Made by a program: the position numbers and the translations under genes
Assembly: GCF_006345805.1 (NCBI RefSeq)
Contig: NW_021835918.1
Span: forward strand, 1 to 39,165
Length of the DNA stretch: 39,165 bases
Direction: 5' to 3'
Origin: Octopus sinensis
Lineage: Eukaryota
In this document: positions 1 to 14,357 of the stretch, one piece after another
Numbering within the stretch: the stretch's first letter is position 1
How the letters are laid out: each line of letters begins with the position of its first letter
Notes under the pieces: model-generated
What the model saw: only the letters and a program-made list of their open reading frames with translations
Database searches by the model: none
What the model was told of the DNA's origin: nothing

Positions 1-2
1 TA

Positions 3-60
<58 letters not shown>

Positions 61-72
61 TATATATATATA

Positions 73-125
<53 letters not shown>

Positions 126-140
126 GTGTATATATATATA
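1..140. repeat. (TA)n microsatellite
   Basis: Direct reading of near-pure TA dinucleotide repeat. Confidence 0.97.
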
Positions 141-660
141 TATAATTAGGTGTAATTATTGCGTATATGTAATAATGTATTGTGTGTGTGTGACAGGGAG
201 AGTGAGTGTGTTGGTGTGTTGTTTGTATGCGTCTGTTAGTTATTTTTAACGCTCGTTCTCACTTGGCTAAGCCAGTTTAAAGTGTCATCATCATCATCAT
301 CATCATCACGAACGTCGTCGGCCCATCATGAATATAATCTGTTCCGTCATCACTGGATTGTTGTTGTTGTTGTTGTTGTTGTTCTCAGAAATGTGCGGTA
401 AACTAATGCCACTGCCCCTCCTACACAACTATTACTGTCATAAGAGAGTTTAGCTAGTGGCAGTTGGGGGGGGGGTAGATTTAAGCAAAAGAAGGGTGTA
501 TAAGCCTGTAACTCTGTGTGTGTGTGGGGGGGTGAGGTAGTAAAGAATATAGGACACACCTAAGCTGATTAGCTTGGGTCATTGTCGTTATTGTTATGGT
601 CGCCATTAGAGTTATTACTGTTCTCGATGCCGCAAGACAGGCGTCTGTTTCTTTCTGTCG

Positions 661-760
661 ATACACACACACACACACATACATACATACATACACACAT
701 ACATACATACATACATACATACATACATACATACATACATACATACATACATGCACGTAC
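661..760. repeat. Compound (CA)n/(TACA)n microsatellite
   Basis: Direct reading; explains the YIHT/MYVC pseudo-ORFs at 481-838. Confidence 0.95.
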
Positions 761-1292
761 ACATACATACATCGAAGCATGTATATCATTTGTTTTACTT
801 TAAATCAGACGCTGTCGACAATGACTGACCTAAGATAGCAACAGATAAGGTTTTTGTTGCATGCTTACATTCAGACAGACATATGTGTGTCTGTGTGTAT
901 TCTTATACATGCATGCATATATACACATATATATTTATATGCAAACGAATATTATTCTGCGTGTTTGTGACTTTATATATATCTATAAGTATATGCGCAT
1001 CTACATACACACACACACACAGACCCACACACACATGCGCATACATACACAGAGCCAAAAATTTAAGGAAATATGTTCGTAGGCGATCGTAAAGAATGTG
1101 AAGAAACGACACAAGCACATGACAAACGTCACAAAGGAAATAAACGAGATTAAGCTCTCAGCAGCTGGCTTACTAAGGATAATAGCAGTTTCGACCCTCA
1201 AAACTAATGTTTGAATTTTATTGTACCCACCCCCCAAAGAACTATGTAAATATGCCCGCTCGAAATTGAGTCACTTTTACAACTTGTACTTA

Positions 1293-1323
<31 letters not shown>

Positions 1324-2079
1324 GTGTGTATTTATAGATATATGAATGTATGTGAGTGGTGTTGCGTTAACTGAAACTTAAATTACTGTACTTCGAAGTA
1401 ATCTTCACAAAATGTGCGCCTCTAATTATTTAATAAATCATCCGAAGCAGATTTTTTAAAAAAGACACCCATTGGGTCATGAACTTATGTTTAGGTTCAG
1501 TTCTATGTCACTTCCGTTGAGATGCTTCACATCTCTACGTGCAAAAGTTTCACATTATAAGGAAGAAAAAAATTTACAGGCCTTTTTTTGCTCTTTTTAC
1601 CTTATGCGGCTGATGGTTATTGCCAAGAATAGAACCAAGTCCCACTTTACGGTTACGTGAAGGAATCTCCACACGGGAATTTGATCTGCCAGAAATAACA
1701 GCCAAATTTTATCACTTCACACCCTGCCTCTTAACAACAAAAATATAACAAGAAAGAGAAGAGAACATCGTCCGACGAGGTCCGAGATAGATTTTAAAAA
1801 TGCGGGATGGTCATAGCTGGAACACGTTTAATTGTCGGGATAATCATGACGGGAGCGCCTTCTCAATCAGAATGCCTTGGAACCAAATAACGACAACAAA
1901 AGATCGACCTTAAAAGAGTTCGTAAAATGTCATTAATTATAATTACTGTAATTAGAGAGAAATTCGAAACCTACGGGAGTGTTACTTTTCAACTGAAAGA
2001 AAAAGTAAGGAAGTCAGATAAGGTGTTTAGCAGGCCCAGCATAACGATGTACACAATATGGGTGCCTTGTGTTACGACA

Positions 2080-2390
2080 CAGCATGGCTGACGCTTGCTT
2101 TGCAATTATGTGGTTGTGGTTTCAGTCCCAATGCGTGCCATCTTGTCTTGTACTATAGCCCTGGTCCCACCACGTTTTCTGAGTGAATCTGGTTAAAGGA
2201 TACTGTGTGGAAGACCACCGTGTGTGTGTGTTTCTGTGTTTGTTCCCCTAGCACTGCTTGACAACCGGCATTGGTTTGTTTACGTCCCCGTTACTATCGG
2301 TTCGGCAAAAGAGACCAATACAGTAGGTACCAGACTTATAAATGAGCTCCAAATAAATGCTGGGGTCGATTTTCTCAACTAAAATCTAAA
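2080..2390 (+). mobile_element. Degenerate tRNA-derived SINE (same family as 26890-27283)
   Basis: Decayed head ..TGTGGTTGTGGTTTCAGTCCCA.., internal (TG)n, then GCTTGACAACCGG..TTTACGTCCCCG..GGTTCGGCAAAAGAGACC shared with the copies at 26.9-28.6 kb. Confidence 0.7.
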
Positions 2391-2403
2391 AGGTAAACTT
2401 CAA

Positions 2404-2757
2404 AGGGGCAAAGACCCCCTTCGGTCCTGAACGGCTATGAGATTGCACCTAGAAAGTTCCCCTCCGAGTTACAAGGTTGTCCGGGCAAGGTTGTTCATGG
2501 AAGACCAGTGGGGGGGGGGGTCGCCCATGCATACCAGCCTCCTCTCTCCATGCTACCGATGTTATCCAAGTTAAAAGCAAAAACTGGTACAGCTTGGCAC
2601 CAGTGATTTCGCAACTCACCTCTACAGATGAGTGAACTGGAGCAACATGAAATAATGTCTTGCTCAAGAATACAGCACACAACAGCACACAGCCCGGTCC
2701 GGGAATCGAACTCACCACCTCGTGACTCTGAGCTCGACGCTCTAAACACTGAGCCAT
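2404..2757 (-). mobile_element. tRNA-derived SINE with conserved core
   Basis: Minus strand starts TGGCTCAGTGTTTAG (A-box-like), then GGTGAGTTCGATTCCCGG (B-box), then CTTGAGCAAGAC..TTGCTCCAGTTCACTCA core also seen in the copy at 13460. Confidence 0.8.
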
Positions 2758-3111
2758 TTTACGACGACAAAAGCAACAATTTGGGTCAACGTTAATCGCT
2801 TTCGTCTAATTCCTTCAGAAAATGAATTTAACGGATCTCGACCAAAATTTCTTATGAGATTTGTGCGTAAGTGGTGGAGTATTCCGCAGCGATGTGTGTC
2901 TTTAATAGAATACTCGAGAAGAATCATTTTGACAAAGTAGGACCTTTTAGAATTCCAGGAACAATCCATCAGCGGGTCAAAACTCAATAAAATCTTAAGA
3001 AATATATATTTTAAATGTAAAATTGTATCATTTTATATTCGAACCCTCGACGTTAGGACTACATTCCAGCGATTAAGTGTTTATCAGAACTTTTCTCGTC
3101 AACCAAATATC

Positions 3112-3341
3112 TATTTCTTTACTACCCTCAAGGGGCTAAACACAGAGAGGACAAACAAGGACAGACAAACGGATTAAGTCGATTATATCGACTCCAGTGC
3201 GTAACTGGTACTTATTTAATCGACCCCGAAAGGATGAAATGCAAAGTCGACCTCGGCGGAATTTGAACTCAGAACGTACGGCAGACGAAATACCGCAAAG
3301 CATTTCGCCCAGCGTGCTAACGTTTCCCGCAGCTCGTCGCC
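3112..3341 (-). mobile_element. tRNA-derived SINE (octopus OR-type) with 21-bp TSD
   Basis: Head GGCGACGAGCTG..GAGTTCAAATTCCGCCG on minus strand; flanked by identical TTTTCTCGTCAACCAAATATC at 3091-3111 and 3343-3363. Confidence 0.88.
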
Positions 3342-3532
3342 TTTTTCTCGTCAACCAAATATCATAAAATGGATTTGGTGGTCTTACCTTTTCTGGAAAT
3401 ATTCATGATTACACACACAGACACACACACACACACACACTCATACACACACACGCCTGCACATACACACACACGCCTGCACATACACACACAAGCCTGC
3501 ACACACGCACGCGCTCCTCTACACGCATATAT

Positions 3533-3760
3533 ATTTCTTTATTGCCCACAAGGGGCTAAACATAGAGGGGACAAACAAGGACAGACATAGGTATTAAGTC
3601 GATTATATCGACCCCAGTGCGTAACTGGTACTTAATTTATCGACCCCGAAAGGATGAAAGGCAAAGTCGACCTCAGCGGAATTTGAACTCGGAACGTAAC
3701 AACAGGCGAAATACCGCTAAGCATTTCGCCCGGCGTGCTAACGTTTTTGCCAGCTCGCCG
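3533..3760 (-). mobile_element. Second copy of the same SINE with 18-bp TSD
   Basis: Closely similar to 3112-3341; flanked by TCCTCTACACGCATATAT at 3515-3532 and 3761-3778. Confidence 0.88.
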
Positions 3761-3782
3761 TCCTCTACACGCATATATGGGG

Positions 3783-3849
<67 letters not shown>

Positions 3850-4990
3850 TTTTATGGAATATGCACCCTTTTGCGTCCCAGAAAACGGTAGGCATTACTT
3901 TTTTCTGTGGAAGGTTGAGTCTTGAATTTCTTTTCGCTGACGATTCTGTCTTTTCGCTCCGTATTCTACCTTTGACATTCTGGCTCAAAGTGATGGACTC
4001 AGGTCTCATCTCCTGTGACTATTCTCTCCCAAAAAACTTCGCCTTCATCGTTGTAGCGGTCAAGTAAGAGTCGAAGATCTTCAAACGATTGCAATTTTGC
4101 GCTTCGGTAAGCTCTCTTAACACCCATCTCGCACTGACTTTACGTAAGGGAAGCTTGTCGTGGTGATTTTATATGCAGAACCATGTCTAATTTACACCAC
4201 ATCGATGGTCACTCGTCGGTTGATGGGTGTCCTGCCCCCTCTGCGGTTCATGGGTGTCCTGCCCCCTCTGCGGTTGATGGGTGTCCTTCCCCCTCTGCGA
4301 TTGATGGGCGACCTGCCCCCTCTACGGTTGATGGGCGTCCTGCCCCCTCTGCGGTTCATGGGTGTCCTGCCCCCTCTGCGGTTGATGGGTGTCCGGCCCC
4401 CTCTGCGGTTGTTGAGCGTCCTACCCCCTCTGTGGTTGATGGGCGTCCTGCCCCCTCTGCGGTTGATGGGTGTCCGGCCCCCTCTGCGGTTGTTGGGCGT
4501 CCTGCCCTCTCTGCGGTTGACGGGCGTCCTGCCCCCTCCGCAGTTTTTGGGCGTCCTGCCCCCTCTGCGGTTATTGGGCGTCCTGCCCCCTCTGCGGTTG
4601 ATGGGCGTCCTTCCCCCTATGCGGTTGTTGGGCGTCCTGCTCCCTATGCGGTTGATGGGCGTCCTGCCCTCACTGCGGTTGATGGCGTCCTGCCCCCTCT
4701 GCGGTTGTTGGGCGTCCTGCCCCCTCTACGGTTGATGGGCGTCCTGCCCCCTCCGCGGTTGATGGGTGTACTGTCCCCTCTGCGGTTGTTGGGCATCCTG
4801 CTCCCTATGCGGTTGATGGGCGTCCTGCCCCCTCTGCGTGCTTCACGCTTGTTCGGCCAGTTTTAAACTTCTCGATCCACTCACACACACTTCTCGGCAG
4901 TGGAGCGCTGCCCCCTGACACACCTTCAGATCAGAGAAATAGGACATCTGTTCTTTCTTTATACGTGCTGTCAGTGGAGTGGCCATGTTT
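3850..4990 (-). mobile_element. Mariner transposase relic (N-terminal half), split by a minisatellite
   Basis: Hand translation of the minus strand across frameshifts: MATPLTAR.., VLFL*SEGVSG, EWIEKFKTGRTSVKH, RRVTIDVV, LRKVSARWVLREL (WVPHEL motif), IVTGDET*VHHFEPE, KKVMPTVFWDAKG. Confidence 0.85.
4217..4838. repeat. GC-rich 27-bp minisatellite, ~23 copies (GTTGATGGGCGTCCTGCCCCCTCTGCG)
   Basis: Direct periodicity; produces the 9-aa repeat ORFs 4160-4735 and 4183-4866. Confidence 0.95.
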
Positions 4991-5710
4991 TCTCTGGGAC
5001 ACAAGAAAGAAAACCGTTTCTAAAAAGTTCCAAAGCAAAACTGATTATTACATTCATTATTCAAAAATATGCTAATTATATTGTTTAATATTTTATAATA
5101 ACTATTTAAAATAACTGTTTTATTTGAAGAAGATTGAAACATCAATGTATAGACCAACATCAATAAAATGTCTATATACATCAACGAGTCTATATATTGT
5201 AAATTGTCACAGATGAAATATTTAAACAAATAATTATTACATAAATATTTCGTCGTTTGTAAACTATTATTATTATTTTTATTATAAATTATTATTTTTA
5301 TGGTTATTATATAAATGTTTGCTAATATTATATATATATATTTGTATATACATGTCTGCGTATATATAAAGAAATATATAAAGATATTTATTACATATAT
5401 ATATATATATTGTTATTATTATTTTTATTATGTTAATTCTTCATATATATATATAGACAAATGATGAAATATCCTGGTGATGACATAAGTAATATTTCGT
5501 ATATATTCTGCCATACTTTAGAATATTTTCGTATGAAGTTCAATCATTTCATTTTCAGAAAATTTAATAATTGAAGTTGACTGAGCGAAACGATAATAAA
5601 AAAAACTATTATTGACGATGTATCATCAGATAAAAACTGTTCAAATGAATCATTGCAGCTATTATTATATGTCTGCAGAAAGAGAGCAACTCGTTTATGT
5701 AAGAGTAGCG

Positions 5711-7415
5711 TACGAGGTGCATTCCAGAAGTTTTGAGACTTTTTCTGGAAAGACATTTATTTCAAAGAAGGGCAAAACTCTATTCTCCTTTAAAGTCGGA
5801 TCCTTTGGCTTCAATGCATTTGTTGTAGCTTTCCATCCACTAAGTGAAGGTCTCATGGAAGTCCTCCGAAGTGAAGGTGTCTAAGACCCTTCTCATAGCT
5901 CCCTTCATCTTCAAAAGCGTATGCGGACAGGATGCCGAAGGACAAGAAATCGAAGCCTAGAAGCCGAACGGATACAATGCCGAACGGACATGAAGTCGAA
6001 TGGACAAGATGCTGAACGGACACAAAGCCGAAAGGACACAATGTCGAATGGACACAATGCCGAACGGACATGAAGTCGAACGGACATGAAGTCGAATGGA
6101 CAAGATGCCGAATGGACGTAAAGCCGAACGGACACAATGTCGAACGGACATAAGGCTGAACATGATATCATTATCAGAACATGGTACCATTAACGATAGA
6201 ATAAAAAACATTTGTGGCTCTAATTATAAAGAAGCATCGGTGTTCCTACCATCTTTGGCTCACAATTTTTAAATAATTTTATTTATTTTTGTCTTGTGCA
6301 TTTTAATATGTCAATCGTAATAATTTTAAAATGAACATCTGACCACATTAGTTTAGTATTTTTACGCTGTAAATCCAATAAAGAAACCTATTTAAAAAGT
6401 GGTTTATGTATCAATTTTTTCATCATTTTAGTCTGTCAAATAGTCATATTGTAGGAACCATATATCTTAATTTTCCTGTTTTTTCGGCCTCTTGTCCGTT
6501 TGGCTTTATGTTCCTTCGGCTTCTTGGCTTCGGCTTCTTGTCCTTCAGCAAAAGAGCTTCGCGTTCGTCTACCTTCAAAACGACTTCCCTTGAGGCCATC
6601 GTCATCAGCCTGGAGAACAACCAAGTGTCACAGGGAAGAAGGCCCGGATTGTAGGGAAGATGAGGGGCAGTTTTGATGCCCATCTCTGTCAAGTAGTTGG
6701 TTACCAGGATGGAATTCGGGACTGGTACATTGCCCTGGGGCAGTTGTCGTCGACCCAAGAAGTCTGGTCTTTTACAATAAAATCTCTCCCTGAACTGCCT
6801 CAAAATCTTCATAAGTTACTCTTTCTTGAGCGTACGGCCAGAGGGAAGCCAGTGGGTGTAGGTGATGCTCATACTGCCGAGAAACGGGGATGATCCTGAG
6901 CTTCCAGGTTGGCTTGCTTTCCTTGGCCTTCTTGGAGCCAGGATGCTTACGTTGGGCACCCTGTCTCTGGATCATAACAGGACATCCAACTTTCGTCACA
7001 TGTCACCAGGGACTCAAGTACTCTTGGATTGCAGCCTAACCATCTCCTCGCCGTTACCAATCCGTCTTTTCGTCTGTTCATCACTGAGCACCCTGAGAAC
7101 AAATTTTGCACTTGTTCTGATCTTCATGAATAAATCTGTGTACAACTACTACACTAACTCCAAACTATGCTTATTGTCTTTACAGGACCCACGATCTTCA
7201 TCCAGAAAATTGTGAATTTTCGCAACCAGCTCCGATGTACTGGCGCCCCTCTCCCTCCCACATTTCTCACCGTCTCTCACCTCCACCCTGCCGTCCTTCA
7301 AACTTTTTTCTGCCGACAGGAGTCTTTCATACATTTCTGTAGCGTTTTTGCCCAAATAAACACACAACTTTATTGCAAAGCGAGCATCCAAATTGTATTC
7401 ACTTGCCGATTGCAT
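5711..7415 (-). mobile_element. Near full-length mariner relic with one TIR (TACGAGGTGCATTCC..)
   Basis: Minus-strand remnants: MQSASEYNLDARFAIKLCVYLGKNATEMYE, HLPYNPGLLPCDTWLF (YSPDL motif), GLKGSRFE, RRVLDTFTSEDF..WMESYNKCIEAKG; TA-CGAGG terminus at 5711. Confidence 0.85.
5917..6562. mobile_element. Foldback/MITE-like insert with 16-bp subterminal tandem repeats, nested in the mariner
   Basis: About 13 units of GCCGAACGGACACAAT (5963-6160); ~65-bp imperfect inverted copy at ~6482-6548; AT-rich spacer; CTTCAAAA at 5909-5916 and 6563-6570. Confidence 0.6.
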
Positions 7416-7481
7416 TCTGCAAACTCGTCAGCTGTGACAAGCAGTGTCCAGCAGAATGTGTTCGCAATGCTCCCATAATCT

Positions 7482-7566
7482 ATTGTAATAGTATGGTCAT
7501 AGTATTGTAATAGTATTGCAATACGAATGCAATAGTATTGTGATAATATTGTAATAGTATTGTAGC
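7482..7566. repeat. 11-bp tandem repeat (TATTGTAATAG)n, degenerate
   Basis: Direct periodicity. Confidence 0.8.
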
Positions 7567-7719
7567 AGTCCACGCGTAATGAAGTAATGAATTGTATATT
7601 TTTTTCGTACGAAAACGTCTTTGTTACTACTGAAGACTAAAATGGTCCCAGGATGAGTTCCATTCAGTTATTACTTATACCAACCAAAATGTAAAGGAAA
7701 ATGAAATACACACACACAC

Positions 7720-11090
<3,371 letters not shown>

Positions 11091-12379
11091 ACATACATAC
11101 ATACATACTACATACATACATACATACATACATACATAATACATACATACATAATACATACGTATATATATACATATATATATATTGTAATTATGTGGCG
11201 AGAATCAAGATCCACTGGAGTGACATATAATGAAACAGTATCCTAAACCCCCATTATTAATAATAGTAGTAATAACAACAACAACAACAACAACAATAAC
11301 AATAGCAATAATAATATTTCGATAAACCTGCTGTAAAACTAGACATAATTATCCGTTGAACTTGAAGAACCAAATGTAAAAAAAAAAAGAAGAAAAACCA
11401 AAAAGAGAAGATATTAAAGTGAACCATCCCAGCTATTGTTGAAACAAATTTTACTTTTGTGTTAAGAGTACAAAACCGAAGCGGTGAGAATAGGAAGTCG
11501 GGGTAATTATTTTGACGCTTTAAGCAGCAAACAATTAAACGTAGATGTAATAAACTTACCGTGGATAATAATAAATGTATTTGTCCTATATTTTTTAGGG
11601 TCACATACAATGATCTCTGAATTCTTATTTATGAACGAGACCTTTGTAAATAGAATCTCCATCTATTCTGTAACCAGTAAAATACTTTATTTCAAATCGT
11701 GATGACGGGTCAGGTTTTCAGCTTGCGTAAATATCCAGAGAATGGTGTAGCATTTCGTGATTCCTAAAGGTTTATATATACTGGTAGTTCCGGACTTTAT
11801 TTGTGCTTAAACCAATATATGTCTTAAGTAAAATATTTGTTCTCATCAAACATTTATTGACAATTTCCACAGTTAATTAATTGGCGTTAAGGGATCGGTT
11901 AATAAGGTTCATGCAGTTACAATTATTACTGCTACAAAATCTTCTATAATTTATCTTCACAAAATGAGATGAAGGTGTTCTAGATTGTTTTACAGTATTT
12001 ATATTAAATATTTTATGGTATTTGTTTTGAGTGCGCGTGTGTGAGGGGAGGAAGGGGAATGCTTAAAGGAAGAACAGCTCAGCAGTAGGAGTAGCAACAT
12101 CAGAATTACAAGAAGGACTCTACCAAAATTCCTAGACTTGTTTTCCTATTAGATGCTGGAATATACAAAGTTTTATCCTAAAATCGATTTCTACGCACGG
12201 TTTCATTATAGTTCAAGTAACTTTGTTCATTCATTAATGTATTTAAGGGATATATGCTTAACAAATTATTTAATTTTAGATCTTGGATGGTGAGACACTT
12301 TATTGATATAGTTTAGCAATTCATTCGGCTTTCTGTACAGAGAGCGGAGTTCACTATTTAAAGTTACATCTGGCTCATG

Positions 12380-12605
12380 TAGATTCGTTTTGAAACGATT
12401 ATTTTTATCCTTTGGATTGATTTCTATGGTTAGAAATATGTCTATTTACGTCCATTTACGCGGGAGCTTTGGGAAAAATGTTATAGTACATGACCTTCCT
12501 CGGGACATAAGTAATGTGTGCGCAAAGTTTGGTGAAAATCAGTTGAGAATTGTAGAAATGTATGCGTTAGTCATTATACAGACATATACTGTGATTTATA
12601 TAAAT
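12380..12605 (+). mobile_element. Helentron-associated (DINE/HINE-like) 3' fragment
   Basis: AAGTTTGGTGAAAATCAGTTGAG..GTAGAAATGTAT..CATACAGACA..TTTATATAAATA resembles the DINE-type 3' motif; resemblance from memory only. Confidence 0.4.
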
Positions 12606-12667
12606 ATATACATATATATATATATATAATGCGTGTGTATGTGTGTTTGCGTGTATGTATGTATATA

Positions 12668-12733
<66 letters not shown>

Positions 12734-13459
12734 TTGCTATTATGCAAAAGTGTCGCAAGTCAAAAACGTTGCTTTTTCAGAAGACGAAAAAATAGTTTCA
12801 CCATTCCATAGCAAAACCGTTCTACTACACTTTGACAATTTTTGTTTTCTTTGCATCTGAAGCAGCTGGAGATACGATAGTTTGACCAAAAGAACCGGCT
12901 ACTGCAAGCAAAAATAGATATTGCAAAAAAAAAACGTTGCGTTCGAGCTCCACGCGTACGGGAAAACCCACTTTTTTCTGTCGTGTGTGTGTGGGGGGGA
13001 GGAGGCTTATATGCCCCATTATTAGACTATTTTCTTTAGTCATTGCGCGGTGATCGCTTTAAGCTTATAAAATACTATTATTATTATCATTTACAGAATT
13101 GTGAAATTCGGCACTGCTTAACAAAACCATTCGCAGTAATAAATATATATGGTTCATAAGTACAGAAAACAAAAGAGAGAGACAGATGAAGAACAACACG
13201 CAGCTGTATTGATTTGACGCTCAAGAGAAATGGAAAAGTGTTTGACATTTCGAACCTATGCTCTTCATCAAAAAGAGAAGAGACAGAAAAAATGGAGAGA
13301 GGAAAAAAAATGGTATCGAAATTAATTGTTCCATATCTTGAAGTGACCGGAAGGAAGTGGCCAGTGGAAGGGAATTTAACAGTGAACCGACTAAACTGGG
13401 GCGCTCAAGAGTGTGTCTTTATGTAAGTGCATTAATACGTGTGTGTGCATGTGTGTGAA

Positions 13460-13779
13460 GGCGCGTGGCTTAGTGGTTTGAGGCATTCGGCTTACGTTCG
13501 TAGGGTCGTGAGTTCGATTTCCGGCGACGCGTTGTATCCTTGAGCCAGTCATTTTATTTCACTTTGCTCCAGTCCACTCACCTGGCAAAAATGAGTTTTA
13601 CCTGTAATTCAAAGGGCCAGCTTCATTACATTCTGCGTCACACTGAATCTCCCTGAAAACTACGTTAAGGGTACACGTATCTGTGGAATGCTCAGCCACT
13701 TGCACGTCTATTTCACGAGCAGGCTATTCCGTCGATCGGATCAATTGGAACCCTCGTCGTCGTAATCGACGGAGTGCCA
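13460..13779 (+). mobile_element. Full-length tRNA-derived SINE
   Basis: A-box TGGCTTAGTGG, B-box GAGTTCGATTTCC, core CCTTGAGC..TTGCTCCAGTCCACTCA. Confidence 0.85.
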
Positions 13780-13780
13780 G

Positions 13781-14060
<280 letters not shown>

Positions 14061-14225
14061 ACAGAGAGGTAGATAACTTTTTATTGTAGCCACACAGGGC
14101 TAAACACAATAAAAATGGACCAAATACAATGTAGAATTTTTTCTTTTCGAGGTGGGATGGGTGGGGCACAAAAAAAAACACGTTTGATCAATAGGGATCT
14201 GTGGGTTGTGTGGTGTATAAAAAAG

Positions 14226-14264
<39 letters not shown>

Positions 14265-14357
14265 TCACAGTTTAGGTGTAGCCTTGGAAAGAAAAACCTA
14301 CAAAAAAGACCAAGGTCACCTCAGACAGTTCGAAAAAGAACACATGAGTAAGTCGCC

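Noticed and set aside
481-1237. ORFs rich in YI/HT/CV/MY repeats (also around 8-11, 12.6, 24, 25.5-27.8 and 32-34 kb)
   Set aside because: Translations of (TA)n, (CA)n and (TACA)n microsatellites; no coding signal.
4217-4838. CRISPR-like or other spacer array (also 5963-6160, 29026-29214)
   Set aside because: Units are contiguous with no unique spacers; eukaryotic context and no cas genes.
4160-4866. Plus-strand 191-aa and 227-aa repeat proteins (collagen- or mucin-like look)
   Set aside because: Artefacts of a 27-bp unit without stops; the unit derives from the antisense of a mariner transposase.
13460-13530. tRNA genes (also heads at 2757, 3341, 3760, 27283)
   Set aside because: A/B boxes are present, but there is no complete cloverleaf and each runs into a SINE body.
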